DNA from: a virus
Taxonomy: Duplodnaviria > Caudoviricetes
Length of the DNA: 61,757 bases
Virus record (IMG/VR): IMGVR_UViG_3300030098_005510
Span: 1 to 61,757 of that record
Reading direction: 5' to 3' (one strand)
Positions 48,701 through 57,200 of this stretch are shown here, piece by piece (positions within the stretch are counted from its first letter, which is position 1; the number at the start of each line of letters is the position of its first letter). Position numbers and translations under genes: made by a program. The notes beneath the pieces were generated by a model. That model saw nothing but the letters and a program-made list of their open reading frames with translations. It did not search any database and was not told the origin of the DNA.

Positions 48701-51700
48701 AGGAAAACTACCAATCAATGACGGTACAGTCAATGAACCATATGGTTTAGCTGTTTTCGATGGTTCAGGTGTTGTTACATCAAGTGTAAACGATGCCAGT
48801 GCTTCAGTATTAATTACAGCAAACAAAGCTAGACTTGCTGGATGGGAGTTAGTGCCTGGTAGACTGAAGAGTGGAACGGTTGCTGATATAAATGGTAATA
48901 ATGCTTCACTAGCACTCGGAACTGGTGCAACAAGTGCTACTGGCACACCAACACAAGGATTGTTTTTTGTAAGTGCTTCTACACAACCAGTATTCTATGT
49001 GGGTGATACATTTTCATATGTAAATGATGTTTTAAAAGCTGGTGGTTGGGAGATTGGATTAGGACAAATATCAAGTTCAAAAGGAACAGCAAAACTTCTT
49101 AGTGATAATGGTGGAGCTTTTGCTCTTGGTTCTACACCACCAACGGATTATGAAAATGGAACTGGTGTATTTTTAAGTGGTAGTGGACAAGCCTTGTTTG
49201 GAAATGCTGCTGGTAGTAGAGTCCAATGGACAGGTACTGCATTACGAATTAGTTCCTCTGCGTTCAATCTTACTACTGATGGAAACTTGACGGCATCAAA
49301 CGGATTATTTCAAAATATAAGAATTGTCGGTGGTGCTGCTAATAATTCAATTGAAATGATAAGTGGTTCTTTAGGTCAACCAAACTTTATCGGTGGTGGT
49401 AACAATAACAAAATAGAAGCTAGTTACAATACTTTCTTAGGTGGTGGTCAAAATAATGTAGTATCTATGTCTAATCAATCTATTCTTGTTGGTGGTGATG
49501 GTAACGTCATAACAGGTGGTATTGAGCCCGGCCTCGGCACCTTTATTGGAGACAATGCGACAATTGCTGGTGGTAAAGAAAATATGATAGATACTGGTCC
49601 CAACGCCTTTATAGGTGGTGGTACAGAACACTACATAGGTCCTGGAAATAGAGGAATTGAACAAGCAATAGGAAGTGGTAATCCCACTATATTTAATGGA
49701 CCATATACTGAAGAATATAGCGATGGTACTGAAGTTGGAACTGTTGATGGACCAAAAAGAAGCACTTCATCTACAATTGGTGGGGGTGAGGGTAATTTAA
49801 TTAAAGCTTCAACAAATTCTACAATAGCTGGTGGTAGAGTTCATTATATAATTGATTCAGATGCTGCATCTATTGCGGGAGGATCTTTAGGAAAAATGAT
49901 TGATGCAGATCACAGTAACATTCTAGGTGGTATTAACAATCAAATAATTTCACAATCTCATTCAGTTGTTGCTGGTGGTGAACAAAATAAAATTGGTGAA
50001 AATGGTATACCAAATAGACTTACACAAGGTTCATTACAAGCCAGAAACTTTATAGGTGGTGGTTTTCAAAATTTTATATTTAATAGTCAACATTCAACTA
50101 TTCTTGGTGGAAACCAAAACACAGTACATACGGGTAGTGTTAAAGCAACAATATTAGGTGGGGAAGGAAATACCATAAGTAGTGGTTCTAATGCAATGAT
50201 TGGTGGCGGAGAAGATAATTTTATATCTCCTCCTGCAGCAGGAACATTTGGAGAATATGCTTTAATAGGCACTGGAAAAAATAACAGTATAATCAGTTCC
50301 GCAGACTTCAATGTGATTCTTGGTGGAGAAAACAATCACATAGGTAGCACACTCACAGATGTATTTGTCATAGGAAGTAATATAAGTGCATCATTGAGTA
50401 ACACTACATTTGTAGAGTCTTTAGTTGCACAAAACACCACAGATGCTAATGATTATGTAAAAGTCTCACATGATGGAACAGATGGAAATGTAGTATCAAA
50501 TAGAGGTTCATTAAAATTAGGTAGTCAAGGTAGTGCAAACGCAATAACCATTGATTCAAATGCCGATGTAATACTAAAGGCAGGTAAAAAATTATTCTTT
50601 GATGGTAGTGACAATACATATATTTTTGAAAGTTCAGACGGTGTGATAGATGTATATGGTGATAATGTTCATTTAATTTCATTTAAACAAAACGGTACAC
50701 AAAGTGAAGTTGTGGTTAATGAGGGTAGTGGCGATGTTGATTTCAGAGTAGAGGCAAATAACAACCAACACGCTTTCTTTGTTGAAGCAGAAGGACAAGG
50801 TAATGTAGAATTTCGAGGAACAAATCAAAAAATAAGTGGTTCATCAACCTCAACTGGTTCGTTTGGTTCATTAAGTCTCGGAGAATCATCCCATATTCAC
50901 ACTCTTAGTATAAAAGGTCATAGCGAGGGAAGCACTGGTATAAGAGTAAGACATCCATCGGATGATACCTTATTTGAGGTAAAGGCAAGTGAAGATGATG
51001 GTAGATTGAGGTTATTTGCTAATAACTCAAGAAAAATTCAACTTCATGCTAACGATGTCTCCTATTTCAATGGTGGAAATGTCGGCATCGGCACAGAGAG
51101 TCCTACCGCCAGAAAGCTAGAAGTAAAAGATACGAGTTCAAATGTAGGCATACGATTGACAACTGGTACATCATTGGATGCTATAATTGATTTCGGTGAT
51201 ACAGACGATGGCGACGCTGGTCGGATACAATACGACAACAACACCGATAAAATGCACTTTAGGACATCTGGATCCAATAGACTCACCATTGATAGTTCAG
51301 GAAACGTTACGCCAGGTAGTGATGATTCTCAGACTTTTGGTTCATCGTCAGAAAGATGGAAAGATATATTTGCTGTTCAAACAACAACTGGTGGTGTATT
51401 CGAGACAGGATTGAAAACAGAAAAGATTGGAGATAATCCAACAGGAACAATCGTAAGTTGGAGAGGAGATGGTTTAGTTCCTTGTGACTCGAATGAAGAC
51501 GAACTCGTAATGGGTGTGATTAAACAAGGTAAAGACGAACCAATTGTATTGGGTGCTGAGCCCGTATTAGTGACTGGTAAAGTAAACATTGGAGACTACA
51601 TTGTAACCTCTGATAAAATAGGTCATGGAAAAGCTGTTAAAAGAGGATATTTATTAAAGAAGGATTTATTTGGAAAAGTTATTGCTCAAGCACTCGAACC

Positions 51701-51752
51701 AAGTGATGATAGTGATTCGTGTTTGATAAAATGTATGATTAGGAAAATGTAA
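39798..51752 (+). CDS. Giant modular tail fibre/spike protein (3984 aa) with probable C-terminal chaperone domain
   Basis: G/S/T-rich, with repeated GNVGIGT and SGSSTSTGSFG linkers, IGGW motifs and a GG-x-x-N beta-helix region. C-terminal GDYIVTS...GHG...VIAQALE. Confidence 0.82.
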   Translation: MPELYSQILDLKEKDVFLETEVNDSRYFSVTGLPSRLSYGKHPFSITFNDPEGQPLLKNLSNIVFEFVDSNDTVIFSDLLDIEELSGAGNGVLWIKKDPLRTADEISDGPVYLYVMGELDGDEIPNEWKGIYNVRSTFVFDARKDYPNTSNLVLKNPLGIQTNLNISESVEFDTADTVFKRSFINVSLTDLDTDGGKVESVELAYNEEKAQTDDYEIITTYPLTSGSYEVTDITKISGLNPITNTTKISTPKQFRRDTSVRFRLRFLNPAGEFAQYLDEDRQGEIVEVTSSFLTFESSPTFIEKTDNLLTGSFSVGVDVGKGFTFSGAKSAELSTVDYQGFTSASAGSGSGILMFSGSVKSDVTDDYSLGGVGLELVADSSSFFRFRTNPKELDIRANAFFIGSETSQFISGSSGDIEISSSVFHLDPANSLVSISGSINATDGTIGGWNIENDKLVNLENTVELNSTTPGLNIKDAGGIDRVTIKSGSFLTIGEGTQYIGNKSFEDDTISAGRNFVSNITSWSFSEGGGVNISLTDRSSFPDDEKAVSGDVTLDVVVPSGGSNYTTKNNYELVQVITASFNAGDTLSFSSVARFSSSFGGKGKDRALGPQYFRLEYSSSTSNGFKSFLPANDFTASNGYGEYFLGSGQYNSFGASAEMPEASDFVRVILTGSINDDTGYTIKKPLFAERKRNKDLGNKIFSKTIKGSATAEFPETELNFDNFSLRSNTRKVELTEKGLLIYNSEDSFLKMDASGIEFRGGSGVTTFGQSIARETFTNDSDVAGRLGAPALQAYQSDPEDIGTTAFDGNVGEFAKGNHRHRITSTTINNVISSSVLNVGGLISSGDITAENFIVKSTVTQITQSFSSGSTIFGDSTDDTHQFTGSLFVTSSALTIDSAGTVSGSSTSTGSFGAGRFAGKVGIGTTGPSAALHISETNDGGDTAIILNNNAGVGSTNETVSLFFTHTGIAGGKIVSGRTFNYSTVANRDSNLQFFTTQNATDTLALTLDADQNTIFAGNASGSSTSTASFGVVRAGNGINRFGNLLTDTHQFTGSLEVTGSFLVNGGGVATTPGSDKEVVFNDGGSLGSTSAFTFDKTTNHLSASLPSTASFGKILQNGQTLASVGGADTNVLINTGGVISGSNEFVYDDSTNRVGIGVSPSFLFHVQKQVDGDYVGFFKNSDSDNGFGVGIDAGDDANVRALQIRNHNGSAESFIVDGAGNALFPRANAKISGSATSTGSFGQGHFDGRVGIGIQTPDIAATSLDHLVVGKPGTGVAMSGTSHVGIVIGTGTSHIGRISFLDSLSAFGGAIDYHHGAGSGGVDTLKFYTDNYTQRLCLEGNKISGSSTSTGSFAKLITKNADIQDSAGNTLIGYDPGDIASDETINFKIGDVDGVTTGATLQLDVVNTEVILNDMKLIIPETIEHQGDADTIIAFANDKIRFKAGVEGVSQDLLHLSGSRISGSVASTGSFGNLTVAKDLMMSNGKVLNWGTSHGTLSSAIVGNSSTNVLVFYTNGSERARFNSSGNLGIGTSSPDGLVHAFSGNASQTANAAANQLIAENNTNAGVSILSGTSHSGAIYFGDSGNAKIGTIIYDHGDEQLRIGVNDAVILTLTDSKISGSSTSTGSFGAGFFDGNVGVGIDPDMTSFDRVLHVGGTNTAIVRFTGTTYSDTGGYVGMNFGGVDLFNQRNNYLRFGTNNTERMRISNAGKVGIGESQPTVALDVSGSDNLSSRIRLAKHASGTSKILQLGADRDTTAVPFIGAESNHAFDIITNNTQRVRIDTSGNVGIGTTSPSDYHSLASNLVVASSGDTGISLVSGTSSDGRIFFADGTSGGDESRGHIRYDHSDNSMHFVTNDAGTAIKIDSSGNSEFLRGNISGSSTSTGSFGRVDAHSFQNPSGLFLGSTNAAHEFSEITSTNHLFIGAGASTVQMQNDLIPDGDGSQNLGSSNRNFNQIFAKAKVTGSSTSTGSFGSVVAGGVGVNSFSSNVGVGLTSPETILHIRGAGDKFRVDASDGTQILQIQEFTGKIADIIGPGNKALRINHNSSGDVFIGTGGGSVMLGNTVANPASGFSNQKGFGFNGSTGQVQIASSTNTAALQIGKNQGTAGDLVIFRHESVSVGAIDTAGGISGSSSSTGSFGKLFIGNQSLTNTGNSEVQFSQNIQLRDGFELQNSLGFNIVRHEIDASDSGEDLILFGTDDSPNTDILFMTPGNAELLLLENAGSARFYGDVRFTKANAKISGSSTSTGSFGRVEATTITAPTLAGNTIIDGNLRTIGDITAENFIVSSSVTSITYQSLSGSTVFGDSSDDIHQFTGSLMVSASGLIGIGTNNPQNPIHIRGTDAFMSFTHETNGAQAGILYRNTSGTNVGFAAYNFSSNVWQVRTNNNLALTLDSAQDATFAGHIALAATKGIFFDGGSHTSIAESSGDNLRFQVGNSNVLDITTTKISGSFTSTGSFGHLITTNNIIMKNELGAPHNMFEFHDKNVAIQRAQGADRSNTGNSLYLHAFEDIIFTAQGTTAASQTERMRITEEGDVGIGTESPTALLHLEAGSDNATGGIRFTNDDTGGSTATDGTALFLEQNTTDFFIRNYENAGIRLRTNDTDALYISSGQKVGIGTTSPGSLLTIKDTGDISTSTFISGISGDGFRIKDNGSDGVSMEIDNITVRNTLRTHIFQKDVVRATNGILFISDSGVISGSTGTTSSGTVTFDNTKSATFSDNDILLFKDASDDGTINAVQFQINGSVSTAGDFDTYNVDNVVGNLSNLNTGGTAARISGGTVTIDASSPNSPFVDVNEASGSPVVRMGNLAGITSPRFGVNDEFGFWASGSAYLEGAINAKTGNIGGWGIGETAISSSGDSVIIDALTKRITVSDGSNARLFLGEVDGDGSSFPGSPQFGIKIFNGSGVADGNRLVELGEGANMIAGWDLLPGSIKSDTQDGSVALSSVSQSLTIWTGSINHAEPKLVLGKLPINDGTVNEPYGLAVFDGSGVVTSSVNDASASVLITANKARLAGWELVPGRLKSGTVADINGNNASLALGTGATSATGTPTQGLFFVSASTQPVFYVGDTFSYVNDVLKAGGWEIGLGQISSSKGTAKLLSDNGGAFALGSTPPTDYENGTGVFLSGSGQALFGNAAGSRVQWTGTALRISSSAFNLTTDGNLTASNGLFQNIRIVGGAANNSIEMISGSLGQPNFIGGGNNNKIEASYNTFLGGGQNNVVSMSNQSILVGGDGNVITGGIEPGLGTFIGDNATIAGGKENMIDTGPNAFIGGGTEHYIGPGNRGIEQAIGSGNPTIFNGPYTEEYSDGTEVGTVDGPKRSTSSTIGGGEGNLIKASTNSTIAGGRVHYIIDSDAASIAGGSLGKMIDADHSNILGGINNQIISQSHSVVAGGEQNKIGENGIPNRLTQGSLQARNFIGGGFQNFIFNSQHSTILGGNQNTVHTGSVKATILGGEGNTISSGSNAMIGGGEDNFISPPAAGTFGEYALIGTGKNNSIISSADFNVILGGENNHIGSTLTDVFVIGSNISASLSNTTFVESLVAQNTTDANDYVKVSHDGTDGNVVSNRGSLKLGSQGSANAITIDSNADVILKAGKKLFFDGSDNTYIFESSDGVIDVYGDNVHLISFKQNGTQSEVVVNEGSGDVDFRVEANNNQHAFFVEAEGQGNVEFRGTNQKISGSSTSTGSFGSLSLGESSHIHTLSIKGHSEGSTGIRVRHPSDDTLFEVKASEDDGRLRLFANNSRKIQLHANDVSYFNGGNVGIGTESPTARKLEVKDTSSNVGIRLTTGTSLDAIIDFGDTDDGDAGRIQYDNNTDKMHFRTSGSNRLTIDSSGNVTPGSDDSQTFGSSSERWKDIFAVQTTTGGVFETGLKTEKIGDNPTGTIVSWRGDGLVPCDSNEDELVMGVIKQGKDEPIVLGAEPVLVTGKVNIGDYIVTSDKIGHGKAVKRGYLLKKDLFGKVIAQALEPSDDSDSCLIKCMIRKM

Positions 51753-54279
51753 TGGGAAAGATTCACATAGAAAATGGCATTATAAGTTCATCGGCTGATT
51801 ATAGTTTATTTCATGGAACATCTAAATTGGCAATTATTGAGCCTGGTGCTTTCAGAGTCCAAGGTGATTTAATTGCCGAAAACTATATTGTGAGTTCTTC
51901 TGTGACTTTTATGACCACATCTTTTAGTGATGGTTCAACACGATTCGGTAATTCTGATGCCGATACACATCATTTTCAAGGTATCATAAGTTCTAGTGTT
52001 GGAGGCTCAACTAATAATAATTCTGTTATCAGAGCTACAGGTGGTGGTGCCAGGCTTCTTTTAGATTCTGTGCATAATGAAACAACAACTGGTGTTCAAT
52101 TTTTAGAAGGTGCTTTTGGTACTGAAGCAAGTATCAATTATAATCACGCTACTGATACGATGGAATTTAAAGGAAGTGGGACTAACACGACATTAGTGTC
52201 CATAGATACAAGTGGAGATATTGAATTAGCCACTAACGATGCTAAGATAAAAGCAGACTCTACAAACACATTAAACATACAAGCACATCAGTTAAAGATT
52301 CTTGGTTCTGGTGGTGAGGAAAGATTTCAACTGCAAAGTGAAGGGAATGATAATCCTGGTGTGTTTATGATTAAACAATCTGAAGTACAAACCACCATTC
52401 AATTAAATTCAGCTGGAGATTCTTTTTTAAATGGTGGGAATGTCGGCATCGGCACATCAAATCCAGCTGGTAATTTAGAAATAGTAGGTGGTAACGGTAC
52501 TGTTAGTGGAACACCTGAGTCTGATGGAAATGAATTTGTAATTAGAAATAATGACAGAGCTGGTATGTCTATATTAGCTGGTGAGGGAACTGGAGATACA
52601 TCTAATGTGGTATTTGGTTCTACAAGTGACATGAATGGTGCTAGTTTAAATTATGAGTTTAATGCAAAACTGTTTAGAATGCAAAGTCAGCATCCTAGTT
52701 CGGAATTATCACTAGCAAGTGCTAATAATGTTGAGGCAGTAAGAATCGATACATCACAGAGAGTCGGCATCGGCGTCTCAAGTCCCGCACAAAGACTTCA
52801 TGTTTCCCAAAGTTCTGGAACGGCCGCTCTTATTGATGGTGATGGTAATGGTAACAATCCAATTCTTCATGTAAGAGACAGAGCAGATACATTTGTCGCA
52901 TTATTCGAGGGTAACAGAGCAGGAGACACAGGAGCTGCTGTAATGATTCGTCACAATCCAGCATCACCCGCCTCTAGTAATAGAACTCGTTTAAATTTTC
53001 AGATGCCCGATAATGGTGGAACTGCTACCACTTATGCTCAATTTGCTTCATTCATAGATAGTAACACCAATACTTCAGAGGAAGGTCATTTGAAAATCAA
53101 TACAATGACTGGTGGTTCTGTAACCGAACATCTACATATCGGTAATAATAAAATAAGTGGTTCAGCAGCCTCAACCGGTTCGTTTGGTTCGGTTCACACT
53201 GGTGGGCAAGTAGGTGTGCAAACTACAGCTCCAAAGAAAGGTTTGACTGTTAAAGCCACTGGTAATGATGATGGAATAGCACTTCTTGCAAGTAATGGTC
53301 AATATGTTGCACTAATTCATCAACAAGACTCAGATGCTGGAATGTTAAGATTACATGATGATTCTTCAACAACTAAAATAGCTTTCAATGCTGATAATGG
53401 AGGTAATTCTTTTTTCAATAATGACAACGGTAAAGTTGGCATCGGCACGGATAATCCTCAAAAAGATCTACATATACATCAAAACAATAGTAATGCTTTA
53501 CATGAAGCACTAACAATTAGAACAAACTCTAGTGGTGAGGGTTTAGCTCTTGGAGTCAATGCTGATAACTCCTCTTATGTGGTTAATTCTGATTCTGGTA
53601 ATGCATTACATTTAGGTGGTTCAAGTTCTACAATTAATAATACAGGTCATCTAACAGTTGATGGTGGTGGTAACATCGGCATCGGAACGGGAAGTCCTAC
53701 ACAAAAATTAGATATTCGTGGTGGAAATTTAATAATTTCGGCTAGTGGTGGAAGTGGTGTTATCTTCAAAGGAACAGGAGACGGTTCAAACAAAAATGCC
53801 CTATACTTCAAAAATGCCTCAAATACTGAAAAGTTTAGAATAATACACGATCCAAGTGCTAATGGAACTGATGATTTACAATTCAAAGCAAATGCAAATA
53901 GTGTGCCTGTAATGACAATGTTACAGAATGGAAATGTAGGCATCGGCACATCAAGTCCTGATTCTCTTTTACATTTAGAAACAGGCGGAAAAGCAACTCT
54001 TAGAATGACAAATTCTACTACAAGTACAACAGATGAAACTGAAATTGGCACAATAGAATTTGAAGGAAAAGATAGTTCTACTAATCGTTCAGGTGTAATG
54101 GCAAAGATTACATCTAGGTATAGTGATACAGGCACTGCTGGGGGTAGTACGATTGATGGTGGTGGTAATGAAGGTGGCAATATAGGATTTTTCACATCTA
54201 TTGCAACATCAGTTGGAGGTTCTCAAACACTTGCAGAAAAAATGAGAATTGAGAATAATGGGAATATTGGCATCGGCAC
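42558..54279 (+). repeat. Dispersed motif GGCATCGG(CAC) coding GIGT
   Basis: At least 13 copies in two fibre genes, 9 of them the full GGCATCGGCAC. Confidence 0.85.
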
Positions 54280-57200
54280 CGGAAACACGAATCCGAAAAC
54301 ACATTTAGATATACAAAGTTATCAGGCAGATGGTATTACCATTGGTGCGGATAATGATGCTAATAGAACACGAACAAATTCAACAGTAAAGAGTGGTGGT
54401 ATAACTGGTGTTCATTATACTAATGCAGAGGAGAACATCAGAATAATTGGATATGATTCTACTTCTGATGCAAATAAAGTTTATATTGGTGGTGCCAATG
54501 GTGATTGGAACGCGGCAACTCAGATAGATTTTTATACTGCTGCAAATTTTAATACTGTTACTGGTACTTTAAGATTTAGACTTGACTCTAACTCCAGAAT
54601 CTCACTAAGTAATAATGATAGCGGAGGTACTGGTGGTTCAGATTCCACAAGTGCAAATACACTTTTGGGTTTTTTGGCTGGCGATGACTTAGCATCTGGA
54701 GGTGTGAATAATTCTTTCGTTGGACACGCAGCTGGACATAAAAATACAACTGGTGATAGTAATTCTGGTTTTGGAAGATATGCTGGGTTTGGAAACTTGA
54801 CTGGTGACAATAATACATTTGTTGGAAGTCAAGCTGGGCTATCAGACAATGGGAGTAGTCATAGTAATAATACCGGAGTCGGATTTGAGGCTCTAAAAGT
54901 GCTTACTACTGGTGGAAGTAACACTGCTGTGGGAGTGACTGCTGGCGATTCAATTACGAGTGCTAATTTCAACGTTGCAGTTGGCTTAGACGCATTAGGT
55001 CAAACCACAACGGGCGGTGCAAATGTTGCGGTGGGATATCAAGCTATGGAAGGGGATGCTGATGGTGACGGAGCAGACAATGTTGCCATAGGACATAAAG
55101 CTATGTTAGCAAATGTAAGTCCAAGTAAGAATGTTGCTATTGGTGATTCTGCAATGAGAGCAATGAATGGAACTGCTAATGGAATTGCACAATGTGTAGC
55201 AATAGGTGCAAATGCCTTTTTTGGTGATGCCGACAATACAACTACTAATACAGATGGCACGACTGCGATTGGATATAATTCATTATTCTCATTAACTACT
55301 GGACAACAAAATACAGCAATCGGCTCATTCAATTCTGATGCTCTAACCACAGGTGGGTTCAACACATCAGTTGGAAGGTCTACGCTTGGTGCTTTAACGG
55401 CTGGAAGTCATAATGTAGCATTGGGAAGAGCGACACTAACAACTGCGGCTGATGATGAATCAGATAACATTGCTATTGGTAATAGTGCATTAGGAGCGGC
55501 TAAACAAGACGGAACAGCAAGTAGTACCAACAGAGAAGTAAAACAAAATATAGCGATTGGAACTGATGCTCTAATTGGAGGCACTTTAACAGGTGCAAGA
55601 CATCTTGAAGGTAATGTTGCTATTGGGTATCAAGCATTGGATGCTACTGGAGCAAACGAACAAATAGGTACAGTTGCTATCGGAACAATGGCATTATCGA
55701 CATTGACGGATGGCCAATTTAACGTTGCTATAGGTTACGAATCTCAAAAATTTCAATCAGACGGAACAGGTAATACCACATTAGGATACCAATCTTTTAG
55801 AAATGCAGATAATGGTGAATCATTCAATGTTGTGATTGGACACGAAGCCGGAGAGTTTCAAAATCACGCAGCTTCCGATGGTAATGTTTGGATAGGAGGT
55901 GAGGCTTGTGTTGGTGGAACTGGTAATAGAGATTATAGTGTTGCAATAGGTTATCGAGCTTGGTCAAATGCTGGTACTCAAAATAATATTGGTGGTTCTG
56001 AGAATATATTTATCGGTGCTTATTCGGGTAACGGAACTTGGGCAACTGCCGCGAGTGACCAAAACACTGCAGTTGGATATCAAACAATGGCTGGAAATAT
56101 GAATGGGGCAGCTTATAATAGTGCGTTCGGGTTTGAGTCACTAAACGATTTGACTACAGGTGACTATAATACTGCTATAGGCTATAAATCTGCCGATGCT
56201 TTGACCACAGGCACTCAAAATACCGCATTGGGTTCTTTTTCCTTTAGTAACTCTACGGAAGCTGCCAGAGTAGTCGCAATTGGATATGCCGCGAGTAATG
56301 CCTCTCTCCTAGCCAATGGTGAGGGAAGTGTTGCAATAGGTTATGCCGCACTTAATAATCATCAACAGAATGTTAATACTGCCGTTGGATATCAATCAGG
56401 TAAAAATTGCTCGACAGGTGGAAATAACACTGCTCTTGGTTATAATACATTAGGTGGGAATAACTCTGCTGGGATAACTGGTACTAACAACACAACTATA
56501 GGACACCAGGCAGGCAGAGATATGGAAGGAGCAGTTGAAGGAAATGTCCTTGTAGGAAAAAACGCCGGTTTAAATATGACCACTGCGGCAAACAATACCC
56601 TTGTCGGAACAAATGCGGGCGATGCACTTATTGATGAAACCCATAATGTTGCAGTCGGAACAGATGCTCTTGGTGGTTCAAGTTTAGTAGACCAAACAGT
56701 TGTCATAGGTTCTCAAGCTGGTATGGGAGCAATGGAGGCTACTGCTGACGGAACAGTCATCGTGGGATATGGAGCCGGAGCATCAGTCACTTCAGGTGAG
56801 GGTAATACCCTGATTGGTTTTGGTGCGGGCACGGATATAACTACGGGTGGTGCCAATACTATTATTGGATATCAAGCCCTTATAAATGCACAAACAAATG
56901 TTGGTAACTCTACTGTTATTGGATATAAAGCTGGACAAAAACTTGGTGATAATGGACTAAGTGACCATTCAGAACATAATATTATCATTGGTTCAGGAAC
57001 AATGGATGGTGGTCACGATACATTAGCTAACAATACAGCAAATTTAAATATTGCTATCGGTAATAATGCGTTAGGTGGCAATACTGGCACATCTACTTCC
57101 CTAACAGCGGCTAGTAATACAGTCATTGGACATGATGCCATGAAAGTGGTGTCAAGTGGGGTGGATAATGTTGTAGTCGGCAAGGATGCAGGCGACTCAA

